A stretch of 32,000 nt of DNA from a bacterium. Its GTDB lineage: Bacteria; Hinthialibacterota; Hinthialibacteria; Hinthialibacterales; Hinthialibacteraceae. Shown here one piece after another: positions 10,001 to 18,304 of the stretch (position 1 is its first letter; the number at the start of each line of letters is the position of its first letter). The stretch spans positions 750,083-782,082 of the forward strand of contig CAXXMV010000008.1 of the NCBI GenBank assembly GCA_963662285.2, in the 5' to 3' direction. A program made the position numbers and the translations under genes. Under the pieces are notes generated by a model. That model did no database searches. It saw only the letters and a list, made by a program, of their open reading frames with translations, and was not told the origin of the DNA.

Positions 10001-11638
10001 ACGTACGGTCAGGCAATCTATGATGCATTTGTAGAGAAAAAAAGTCCGGAACCGGGCGATTTACTGCCGCCCCAAACCGCCGTACAGTTACAAAATGATC
10101 TTGCCCTACTTAGGGATGTGATAGAAATACGCTTGTATGCGGATGTTCTTTCCTACACCATGGTTCAATACCGCATTTGTGAGCTCAGTGGAGATTGGGG
10201 CGATGTGGGAAAAGACCGCGCCGATTTTAATTTGATGCAAGTACTGCTTTCTCTTCCGCCCGATGAAGAGATCCAATTTCACCACTATTCACTATATGCA
10301 GAGGCGCGAGAGGAATTGATGGGAACGCTGCATCTTGATCGCTTGAATAAAGAATCGATCGATGCGTTGAAAAAAAAGATGGAATGGTTCGAGTTAAAGA
10401 TATTAAACAAAAAATTCAATCTGAAATCGAAGGAGATTAATCGAATTCTCGCATGGTTGAAATCCAATCATCGATTGACAAACTCATCGGAATGCTTGTT
10501 ATGGGGAAGAGCAGATTGCTTCGGTATGCAAAACAACACAATATCCATCTACCACCATGAGGAGATGCGTTCACCTTTGCTGGCCAATTATTGCGTATCA
10601 TTTTCGAAAGATACGGAAATCATCTTACGTGAAGAAGGGATCAACTATGTGATGTATATCAAATGGGCGAGTGTATTTAATGGTTCGGCGTTTGCGCCGA
10701 CGGCTAAGGAACAAATCTCGGATCGTCTAAAACAATGCGCGCTGGAGGCCTGCCGAATCGGAACGCGACGGGATTTTGAACTGCAGAAAGATTTTTTCAT
10801 CAGCGCCATGATGGAAAATATTTTTTATTATGAATTAACCGACAAATCACTCAATGAGGTGGTTGGAAGTATATCCGTTGGAATGCAATCTGGATTAAGG
10901 AACTTCCACAATAAAAATTTCCTGGCGCACGTGAATTGTCTTACATGCGAATGGCATCCGCTTGTCGATGGCAAAGTCAGCCCCATCGGCAATATTTTAG
11001 ACACAGCTATCGAGAAGAGCGATTACAACCGCGCCTTGCAACTTCTATATATCTATCTCAGCGACGGCTGGTTTCTAGACACCGACATCTCTTTTATGTA
11101 TCCCTATACTCATATTCTGTACCTTCTTATTCTTCCTTATCTGAAAGAGCCTTTGTATGTCGACTTTGAAATGATGCAAAAGGATTTGCCGACACTGTTT
11201 GATTTTATGATAAGTGAATATAAGCGAATGCTCGAACATTTGCATAATTTCCTTCTTAAACGAAGTTATATTGATGAGGGAAAAGAATGCCATTTTGAGA
11301 ATATCAAAGATAAGATTCTCTGCTTCCAAACACTTTATGAAACGTTGGGTACACATTTCGACACGGAATGGGTGAAATCAATTAATTTTTGGAGAAATTT
11401 TTTCAGCAGAGTTCTTCGAGAAGATCCCTTGTTTCATCAGGCATTGACGATTCAGATCCAAGAATATCAAATGGATTTCTATGCCAAATTGTTGAGTCGT
11501 TTTCATGGCCAAAAGCAATACGATCCCAGCCCGGCTGGTGTTGAGAATTATATCATCGAACAAATGACGGATCGAGGGTACTCCATTCGAGATAAGCAGA
11601 TGATCTATCTACCTTTATCCGAACTTGGACTCGATTGA
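7013..11638 (+). CDS. Zn-ribbon - TIR - NACHT-type STAND NTPase - TPR protein with a ~540-aa unassigned C-terminal region
   Basis: 1541-aa ORF with a GAGG SD 5 nt upstream. It starts with a CPKC...CDNC zinc ribbon. The TIR domain reads RIFISYGHDE...LFIIIMTPHS...AYCLNEIAYA, with a putative catalytic Glu120 (nt 7370-7372). Walker A is GKAGIGKS (7730-7753), Walker B is FVILIDALDEA, followed by LRLIVTSRPE. Kinesin-light-chain-type TPRs cover about residues 660-955. I recognise no motif beyond about residue 1000. Confidence 0.9.
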   Translation: MLHCPKCHSSDLTFRKKKNVYICDNCDHEFHTKQSFTAKRIFISYGHDEHAALAEKLKNDLEKRGQLVWFDRNRIPLGPDWELSIEQGLAWLRENRENSLFIIIMTPHSVRRPDAYCLNEIAYAVSKKFDILPIMLVYCEPPLSILRYQYLDMQDCLPIDIHATRYEKHFERLCQAIEQNHRDFEGNQAYFMKYLDPFSLSFNAQVLSKLPNFVGRGWVIEAIDRWLSDPEGSKVFWISGKAGIGKSSLSVWLVENRPEIAAFHMCEYRNNNKSDPKICLLFLVYQLTQELPDYQEKLLQRDISKDVLESDASTLFDSLVVEPLSMIKAPEHNFVILIDALDEASQGRVNDLAEFIANDFKKTPSWLRLIVTSRPETNIQTYFQSIDPFDLDKAKDQNENDIKTYLQTALKPFYPDQPISSGVLQTIVEKSEMVFTYVQQIIQELHAGRLSLDRLDEFPRGLGEYFFTWFKRQFPEADKRKHDSQGTVEIYKKQCLPLLELLAVAQEPLALNTIKSILNWGDYGDDIINFFGSLLIKDETVHPFHSSLMDWLEDSQRSYPYTIRAIAGHRRMMEYGWGVYEDNVQTLPVYFLRRLPLHLMALEEWDRIRQFLCEPHILSHWSRDKQQYELLALWRQIGEALDMVALYMEATVHLGASDFSPRRKQQILRSIASFLALNGHYSSAETLLRQALAILMELEEASLIDVTECKEDLARVYTHQYKQAPALRLFKEVEKAYESELGLDHSDMADLFTHMSDLYYQQCRFTEAAHYCRQALNIHKKHFHFNHSLLADSQHALANINRSQGCGEEAESLYLRCLNIHHENLGDDHIKVADVLHDLAILYFQQNNITQAEYHFKRAFEIRNRFLGASHPQIADTLSALADVMVSKGDLTGAERYYQDALQMLETSFGKESVKRADVMERFAELYIRQDRFEPAMRLLDETLSIRNKYLGPIQFDTMRARRKRTQLQLRYEGLDKRSAFANRNEFLDIESRLAETYGQAIYDAFVEKKSPEPGDLLPPQTAVQLQNDLALLRDVIEIRLYADVLSYTMVQYRICELSGDWGDVGKDRADFNLMQVLLSLPPDEEIQFHHYSLYAEAREELMGTLHLDRLNKESIDALKKKMEWFELKILNKKFNLKSKEINRILAWLKSNHRLTNSSECLLWGRADCFGMQNNTISIYHHEEMRSPLLANYCVSFSKDTEIILREEGINYVMYIKWASVFNGSAFAPTAKEQISDRLKQCALEACRIGTRRDFELQKDFFISAMMENIFYYELTDKSLNEVVGSISVGMQSGLRNFHNKNFLAHVNCLTCEWHPLVDGKVSPIGNILDTAIEKSDYNRALQLLYIYLSDGWFLDTDISFMYPYTHILYLLILPYLKEPLYVDFEMMQKDLPTLFDFMISEYKRMLEHLHNFLLKRSYIDEGKECHFENIKDKILCFQTLYETLGTHFDTEWVKSINFWRNFFSRVLREDPLFHQALTIQIQEYQMDFYAKLLSRFHGQKQYDPSPAGVENYIIEQMTDRGYSIRDKQMIYLPLSELGLD

Positions 11639-11716
11639 AACAGGACGAAACTACTGGAACTGTTGAGCAGTACAGACGACGCGTTCTTGACAAACAGAGC
11701 ATTAATCGAGGTTTTT

Positions 11717-14700
11717 ATGCTAATCGATTTTCTGACTTATCAACGAGAGACCCAAAAGCAACCGGCTCCGTCTAAGCCACTCGATTGGACTTGCGGGGAA
11801 TTGCTTTGTGATGTCAGCTATCTTCAATACACGGGGCCGTCGGAATGGGAGTGCACTGGTTTATTCGGCTCTTCACATACATGCAAAGATATACACCGGA
11901 ATCGCCGTTTTCTCTGCTTGGTTCCACGGGAAGAAATCTATCGCAAAGGTTGGGTGCGTAAGCGATTTGCGTTTGAGTACAAACGGCTTCTCACCGCCTC
12001 TCCCTCCCCCTTTCTGATGATTCCCGTAGGATGGATCGAAAGGGTTGATTATGTCATGTGCATCTTGGAATGGAATGACAGGGTTCCGCTGCAAACCTTG
12101 TTAGAATCATCACAATCGGCGCCATCCTCTTCTCCACTTCCCTTTGCCGATCCCCAAGTGCGAGCGCGCGATGCACTCGAATTGTTTTTCCAAGTCGCCA
12201 CGGGAATGAAACAGTTGCATGACAAAACAGGGTTGATTCATCACAATCTTCATCCCGGAACCCTCTTTTGGAGTCAAGAGCGTCAGGCGTTTCAAATCAG
12301 CGGTTTTCTACTTTCGCATAGTCTGTATTGGACTCGGGAGGATGAACCTGAGTTTGAAACGACATTTCCGGACAACAATGTATCTTCAGAAGATAGTATC
12401 TGCGCATTTCAATTTCCCGAATCCGTCCGTCCCTATCTTCCTCCAGATGTTCTCGATAATCCCCTGCATGCGGAACCCTGCGACGATATATATTCTCTCG
12501 GCATGATCGTATATCAAATTCTGCATAATTTTAACGATGAAGTCGTCAAGCGGTTTCCAACGGATGGTTTTGAAACGCCCGAGTGTGGAAGTGATGGGCT
12601 TCTTACCTTACTGCGCCGATGCCTGGCGACGCAGAGGGATGATCGATGCATTTCGTGGGACGCTCTTCTCGACGATGTACGTAATATGTTGTCTGAAAAT
12701 AAGAGTCGATCCCTGCAAAAACCCCAACTCATTCTTTCATGCGACGACTGTGTGAATCTATCCTGGGCGCACATCGACATGAGTAAATACAGTCGCGCCG
12801 GGGAATGGGCCAACCAAGCCCTCGACATCGAGTCGAATAATTCTTTCGCTCAAATAGCCAAGATGATCACTCTTGGGAAAATCGGTCGCTTGGATGAAGC
12901 CTTTGAAATTGGATCATCCTTACTTCGTAGAGAGCCGGAAAACGCCGAAGCGCATAATTATATGGGTTATTTGTATTACCAAAAAGGAGATTTCAAAACC
13001 AGTCTTGAACATTTTGAATCCAGTTTGCGTTACGATTCCAACCTAGCCTGCAACTATAACAACCTCACTGTACTCTATCTTGTTCACGAACGCCTGAAAG
13101 AAGCGCGGGACTGCTTGATGCGGGGCTTGGAACGCTTTCCCTTCGATCCCGATCTATTGGTTTCATGGGTTAGTGTATCCGAATCGCTAGGAGACCTCCC
13201 GAGCGCATTGGCCCATCTCGAAGAAAAACTCGCGGACGATTGGGATGGCTCCATTCACAATGCGTATGGTATGGTGCTGGAAAAAAAAGGCCGCCTCGAT
13301 GACGGAATAATCCGGCTAGAGGCCTTTCTTTCGACCAGGCCGAGCGCCCATCTCGCTTGGAACCGGTTGGGAATTCTTTCAGAAAACGCCGGACATTTGG
13401 AAAAAAGTCTGGAAAGTTTTCAAAAGGCCATCCGTCTCAAACCACATGACGAAAACTATGTGGGCAATTGCCTACGGATTTTAAACTCATTGGGTTGTTT
13501 GTCTGAGGGAATTCAACTTGGAGAACAATGGTTGTCCTGTTATTATCCCGCAATGTCTGTTAGCAGCCTATTGGGAGTGCTATTGACTAATGCGGATGAG
13601 ATAGAACGCGCGGTAGAGCCTCTTCAGAACGCTCAACGCATTGCCCCTTGCGATGAGACATTGGCGGGCAATCTGGTTCACAGTCTGCGCATTGCCGACC
13701 AGGTAAATCAAGCCATTGAATTCGGCGCCGAATGGTCAGTAACTCATAAAGGTGGATCGTATTTTTGGAATCAATTGGGGAACGCCTATTTTGGCTTGGA
13801 GCGTTTTGCCGAAGCAATTCCCTGTTATCAGAAAGCTCTGGAATTCGAACCGGATGATGCAGAAATCGCATCCAATTTATTAAATGCCTATTTTAAAATA
13901 AACGATTTTTCCGCTTGTATGCAATTCGCCGAAGCATGGCTTGCAGACCATCAGGGCAACGAGAATTTTCATACTTACTTAAGCATCTCCTTCATCAACA
14001 CGAATCAGATGGAAAAAGCCATCTCTACCTTAAAAACCGCTATCAGCAAGCAGCCTGAATTAGCAAATTCACTGAAAGAAGTGATTGCCAAATTAACTCA
14101 GAGTGGGCAGGAACAACGGGCGATTGAATTCGGCGAACTCTGGCTCCTACACAATCCTCCGACGCTGGATGTTTTGAATCAAATCGGAATCGTCCATTAC
14201 GAAAACAAACGCTTTGAAGAGGCGACCGCCTGTTTTCGAAACGCACTCGAACTGGAACCAAGTAATAAAACTGTCGCATTGAATATAATGAATTCCTACG
14301 ATAACTTGAATCAGTATCAGCGGTGCATCGAATTTGGAGAAAATTGGCTCCAACACAATCCTCCGACGCTGGATGTTTTGAATCTTATCGGAATCGTCCA
14401 TTACAAAAACAAACGCTTTGAAGAAGCGACCGCCTGTTTCCAAAACGCGCTCGAACTGGAACCAAGTAATAAAACTGTCGCATTGAATATAATGAATTCC
14501 TACGATAACTTGAATCAGTATCAGCGGTGCATCGAATTTGGAGAAAATTGGCTCCAACACAATCCTCCGACGCTGGATGTTTTGAATCTTATCGGAATCG
14601 TCCATTACAAAAACAAACGCTTTGAAGAAGCGACCGCCTGTTTCCAAAACGCGCTCGAACTGGAACCAAGTAATAAAACTGTCGCATTGAATATAATGAA

Positions 14701-15760
14701 TTCCTACGATAACTTGAATCAGTATCAGCGGTGCATCGAATTTGGAGAAGATTGGCTTAATCGGCACTCGCCAGATGATACAATATTCGGACATCTTGTC
14801 GATGCGTACACTCATTTAGGAAAGTATGATAAAGCAGAACAAGCGTTAGTAAAAGCACCGAAAGAATATCAATATTTGAGATGTATACTAAACGCTTACT
14901 ATCAATCCAAACAATTTGACAAAGCCATCGATTGTGCAGAACAATGGAAAGATCAATACAATCTTGAGCCGGAGTTATGGAATTCCTTGGGACAAATCCA
15001 TTATGATAAAAAACAATATTCGGAAGCCTTAGAATGCTATGAAGAAGCATCGCGATTGTCCCCTGAAAATCTAGATTACCTTAATAACTCTGCTTTGGCC
15101 TTGTCCTCATTAAAAAAACACGATGAAGCGATTGCCCGAATGGGCTATGTACTTGAGCAACAGCCTAGTACTTTACTTTATGCACAAAATTACTTTACAT
15201 GCCTTAAAGACGCCAACCACAAAGAAAAAGCTGTTGAATTTGCGAAAGGGTGGATGGAAGCAAATACTGTGGATGAAATTTTATTGAATTCTGTAGGACT
15301 AACGTTAGATGATTTAAAGAAAGATAAAGATGCAATTGAATGCTACCAGAAGGCTCACGAACTGAATCCTCAAAATGCCGGGTATTTAAATAATATGGGA
15401 ATGAGTTTCAAAGCACTCGGCCAATTCGATCAAGCCATTACTTTAACGAAGCAAGCCATAGAACTGGAGCCGAAAAATATTGTTATTATTGTGAATCATC
15501 TTATCTGTTTGAAAAGTGCAGACCGTCTGGATGAAGCGATCCAAATCGGCAATGCTTGGATTCAAGAACATGGCGAAAAACCAATAGTTTTAAATCAATT
15601 GGCGTTGATTCACGAACAAAAATTTGATTTTGAAAATGCGCTGGTCTGTTATGATTCCACACAAGAGAAAGAGAAATACCTTGCCGCATTAATAGATTAC
15701 GGCCGGTATGAAGCCCTGAATCAAGCCTTGGAATGGTATGACTGGATGGAGACGGCGTGA
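11717..15760 (+). CDS. Protein-kinase-fold domain (predicted pseudokinase) fused to a long TPR array
   Basis: The track ORF starts at a TTG at 11663. I prefer the ATG at 11717, preceded by GAGG plus a 5-nt spacer. Kinase-fold landmarks are LELFFQVATGMKQLHDKTGLIHHNLHPGTLFW (HRD-loop equivalent), FQISGFLLSH (DFG equivalent), PYLPPDVL and DIYSLGMIVYQIL (subdomain IX). TPR repeats run from about residue 370 to the end. Confidence 0.85.
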   Translation: MLIDFLTYQRETQKQPAPSKPLDWTCGELLCDVSYLQYTGPSEWECTGLFGSSHTCKDIHRNRRFLCLVPREEIYRKGWVRKRFAFEYKRLLTASPSPFLMIPVGWIERVDYVMCILEWNDRVPLQTLLESSQSAPSSSPLPFADPQVRARDALELFFQVATGMKQLHDKTGLIHHNLHPGTLFWSQERQAFQISGFLLSHSLYWTREDEPEFETTFPDNNVSSEDSICAFQFPESVRPYLPPDVLDNPLHAEPCDDIYSLGMIVYQILHNFNDEVVKRFPTDGFETPECGSDGLLTLLRRCLATQRDDRCISWDALLDDVRNMLSENKSRSLQKPQLILSCDDCVNLSWAHIDMSKYSRAGEWANQALDIESNNSFAQIAKMITLGKIGRLDEAFEIGSSLLRREPENAEAHNYMGYLYYQKGDFKTSLEHFESSLRYDSNLACNYNNLTVLYLVHERLKEARDCLMRGLERFPFDPDLLVSWVSVSESLGDLPSALAHLEEKLADDWDGSIHNAYGMVLEKKGRLDDGIIRLEAFLSTRPSAHLAWNRLGILSENAGHLEKSLESFQKAIRLKPHDENYVGNCLRILNSLGCLSEGIQLGEQWLSCYYPAMSVSSLLGVLLTNADEIERAVEPLQNAQRIAPCDETLAGNLVHSLRIADQVNQAIEFGAEWSVTHKGGSYFWNQLGNAYFGLERFAEAIPCYQKALEFEPDDAEIASNLLNAYFKINDFSACMQFAEAWLADHQGNENFHTYLSISFINTNQMEKAISTLKTAISKQPELANSLKEVIAKLTQSGQEQRAIEFGELWLLHNPPTLDVLNQIGIVHYENKRFEEATACFRNALELEPSNKTVALNIMNSYDNLNQYQRCIEFGENWLQHNPPTLDVLNLIGIVHYKNKRFEEATACFQNALELEPSNKTVALNIMNSYDNLNQYQRCIEFGENWLQHNPPTLDVLNLIGIVHYKNKRFEEATACFQNALELEPSNKTVALNIMNSYDNLNQYQRCIEFGEDWLNRHSPDDTIFGHLVDAYTHLGKYDKAEQALVKAPKEYQYLRCILNAYYQSKQFDKAIDCAEQWKDQYNLEPELWNSLGQIHYDKKQYSEALECYEEASRLSPENLDYLNNSALALSSLKKHDEAIARMGYVLEQQPSTLLYAQNYFTCLKDANHKEKAVEFAKGWMEANTVDEILLNSVGLTLDDLKKDKDAIECYQKAHELNPQNAGYLNNMGMSFKALGQFDQAITLTKQAIELEPKNIVIIVNHLICLKSADRLDEAIQIGNAWIQEHGEKPIVLNQLALIHEQKFDFENALVCYDSTQEKEKYLAALIDYGRYEALNQALEWYDWMETA
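14120..14760 (+). repeat. In-frame 204-bp (68-aa, two-TPR) tandem repeat, ~3.1 copies
   Basis: Copies start at 14120, 14324, 14528 and 14732 (partial). Read base by base, 14324-14527 and 14528-14731 are identical. Perfect 204-bp periodicity holds over 14246-14749. Copy 1 has scattered substitutions (by eye roughly 90 percent identical). Confidence 0.95.
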
Positions 15761-15826
15761 TGAAAATCAAATTTGTTGGAGAGGAAGGTTTAGAATCGAA
15801 ATTCTTTTTAAGGATCTTCAGAAAAC

Positions 15827-18304
15827 ATGAACCTACACTGGTATGACGAACAAATTCAACTTTACAAAAAACTTACTTCCCTCTATGAAAAAATGGCGGC
15901 GGGATTAAAACGGCGTCTGCAAATCGCCATGTCCGAGATGGGGATGGACGCTATCGTTCAGGCGCGTGCAAAAACCATCTCCAGCTATGCAGAAAAGATC
16001 GTCCGCAAACAGAGCAAATATGCCGATCCTATCCGTCTGATCACCGACCTCTGCGGACTGCGCATCATCGTCGAACGATTGGATGAAGTTCGCCGATTGT
16101 GCGATTTCATTGAAACCGAGTTTGAGATTGATGAAGGAAACAGTGAAGATTGCCTCGAACGTCTGAAGATCAATGAGTTCGGCTACTTATCCAATCATTA
16201 CATCGTGATGTTGACTTCCCCCGAAAAAGCTGAAGCGTTCGGCATTACGACGAGCGATCTCGATATCATAAAAACAGTCAAGGGGCTGGATTTTCCGATC
16301 AAGGCCGAGATCCAAGTACGGACGCTACTGCAACATGCATGGGCGGTTTTCATACATAAGCATCTCTATAAAAGGAAATGGAACCTACCGCGGGCGTGGC
16401 TCCGCGAAACATCCCGTATCTCGGCTATGTTGGAGGATGCGGACGATTCGTTTTCCCGACTGGTCGAGGAAATTGACGTCTATAAGACACAGTACGGCGC
16501 CTACATGACGCCAGATCAGATGAACAGTGAAATCGAGATGCTGCAATTGATTCAACGTTACGATCCCGGTAATGAATCTCTTGCCCGTGAAATTGCTCGA
16601 ATCGCGAAGGAAAGCGGACGCTGGTCATTGGTGGTGGAAACATTATTGCCGTTTCGCGAATCCGCCGATCCCGACTCTCTTCTCGATCTCGGCAACGCCA
16701 TTTTGCACATGAAAGATCCGCTCCAAGTCGATGAAGGCCACCGCCTGATTGAGCGCGCCATTGAATTGTCTGCTAAAAACGCACCAGCCTATATCACCTT
16801 AGCCCAATTGTGCAGAGAAAGCGAACAGACAAAACGTTTGCGCTATTACGAAATGGCTTTTCAGGCCGATCCAAACGAACCCATGGCATTTTGTGGTTTT
16901 CTGCTAAACAAAATCATAGCAGAGCGAAATCGAGATTTTCTAGCATTGCTTCGCCCTCTTATAGAAAATGCCGTCAAACGTTGTAATGATCGAATACGCG
17001 CCGGTGTCGATGCTTCCTCTTCGTATTGTCATATCGGAATATTGCAGATGGCGTTGGGTCGAATGGAATCGAGCGCATCCGCCTTTGCCAAAGCGGCGAC
17101 ATTAAAACCGGTTCCTCGCGTATTTTATGAATATCGAGATTCGGTGCGTTTATTAATAAATCAGGTTAACAATCAATGGCCCGAACTACTCATACTCGAC
17201 CAACTATTCGATCTCTTCAACAAAGCAGAGGCGCTTCAAAGCGGTTCAATCTCTGACATTTCAAACGACTTGCAGACGACGAGCCTGATACGGATTCCCG
17301 TTGTCATTGTGGCAGGCAGCTGCAATGAAGATTCGTCTCACCTCATGGAGGCGCATCGAAAATTGATGACAGAATCGTTTCAAGGATTTCAAGGAACAAT
17401 TGTATCAGGCGGAACCCGATCAGGCGTCAGTGGTCTGGTGGGAGATATGTCGTTGGATATGGGCAACGCCGTGAAACTGGGATATATACCCAAAGACATC
17501 GAATCAAATCAACTGCATCCTGCTTTCCTCATCCGGAGAACGAAGGGATCAACCTTTTCGACGCTGGAACCAATCCAGTATTGGATAGATTTGCTACAAT
17601 CTGGGATTTGTCCATTGCAAGTAAAATTGATCGGCTTCGGTGGTGGGGTGCTTTCAGCGTTTGAATATCGCTTGGCGCTGGCAATGGGCGCCTGGGTGGG
17701 CATATTGCCTGATAGCAGGCGTGAAGCCGCCCGCCTGCTGGACGACGATGATTGGAATGGCTCACCGAACCTTCTTCGCATTCCGTTGGATGCTGGGATT
17801 TTACGTTCCTTCATTCACCCTGCGCCGTCGGCGGCGTTTGCGTCGGATGATCGCGAGCGAATGGCACGGGGCATTCATGGCGAATATCGAAAAAAACATG
17901 TGAAGCGATTGCTGCAATACGAGCCTTCCGCCGTCGAGTGGGAATATCTGAGAGACGATTTGAAAGAGTCTAATCGGCGACAGGCCGATCACTATTGCAT
18001 GACGTTGCAATCGGCCAGTCTCAACATTCGGAAGGCGCTGAGGAGGAGTGAAATACAAATCATTGAATTCACTGATCGTGAAATAGAAGTCATGGCCGAA
18101 AGAGAACATTCGCGTTGGACCGTGGAGCGCTTGATGGATGGATGGCGTCTGGGAGAGCAGAACACCGACCGAAAAGAAAGCCCCTATCTGGTCTCCTGGA
18201 TGGACCTTTCCGACGATATTAAGGACTACGACCGAAACGCAGTCAAGGACATTCCACGGATTTTAGAAGAATACGGTTATGAAGTGTATCGTGAAACCAT
18301 CTGA
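15827..18304 (+). CDS. RelA/SpoT-type (RSH, synthetase-only) nucleotide pyrophosphokinase - TPR-like - SLOG/LOG-like Rossmannoid - RyR module fusion protein
   Basis: 825-aa ORF. All RSH synthetase motifs are present: RAKTISSYAEK (15965-15997), ITDLCGLRIIV, FGYLSNHYIV, EIQVRTLLQHAWA (16307-16345), HKHLYK. There is no HD hydrolase domain. Residues ~230-480 form a helical TPR-like region. The SLOG/LOG-like region (~17290-17720) reads PVVIVAGS...IVSGGTRSGVSGLVGD...IGFGGGVLSAFEYRLALAMGAWVGIL. The C-terminal RyR signature is EREHSRWTVERLMDGWRLG...SPYLVSWMDLSDDIKDYDRNAVKDIPRILEEYGYEV. Confidence 0.85.
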   Translation: MNLHWYDEQIQLYKKLTSLYEKMAAGLKRRLQIAMSEMGMDAIVQARAKTISSYAEKIVRKQSKYADPIRLITDLCGLRIIVERLDEVRRLCDFIETEFEIDEGNSEDCLERLKINEFGYLSNHYIVMLTSPEKAEAFGITTSDLDIIKTVKGLDFPIKAEIQVRTLLQHAWAVFIHKHLYKRKWNLPRAWLRETSRISAMLEDADDSFSRLVEEIDVYKTQYGAYMTPDQMNSEIEMLQLIQRYDPGNESLAREIARIAKESGRWSLVVETLLPFRESADPDSLLDLGNAILHMKDPLQVDEGHRLIERAIELSAKNAPAYITLAQLCRESEQTKRLRYYEMAFQADPNEPMAFCGFLLNKIIAERNRDFLALLRPLIENAVKRCNDRIRAGVDASSSYCHIGILQMALGRMESSASAFAKAATLKPVPRVFYEYRDSVRLLINQVNNQWPELLILDQLFDLFNKAEALQSGSISDISNDLQTTSLIRIPVVIVAGSCNEDSSHLMEAHRKLMTESFQGFQGTIVSGGTRSGVSGLVGDMSLDMGNAVKLGYIPKDIESNQLHPAFLIRRTKGSTFSTLEPIQYWIDLLQSGICPLQVKLIGFGGGVLSAFEYRLALAMGAWVGILPDSRREAARLLDDDDWNGSPNLLRIPLDAGILRSFIHPAPSAAFASDDRERMARGIHGEYRKKHVKRLLQYEPSAVEWEYLRDDLKESNRRQADHYCMTLQSASLNIRKALRRSEIQIIEFTDREIEVMAEREHSRWTVERLMDGWRLGEQNTDRKESPYLVSWMDLSDDIKDYDRNAVKDIPRILEEYGYEVYRETI

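Noticed and set aside
14120-14760. The tandem repeat as a possible CRISPR array or satellite
   Set aside because: The period is 204 bp with no repeat-spacer alternation. The unit is in frame and equals exactly two TPR motifs inside a long coding sequence, and no cas genes are present in the window.
14147-14815. 222-aa minus-strand ORF with striking internal repeats
   Set aside because: It is the antisense shadow of the 204-bp tandem TPR duplication. The plus-strand frame is part of a 1365-aa ORF with clear TPR periodicity, whereas the minus-strand product has no start context or motifs.
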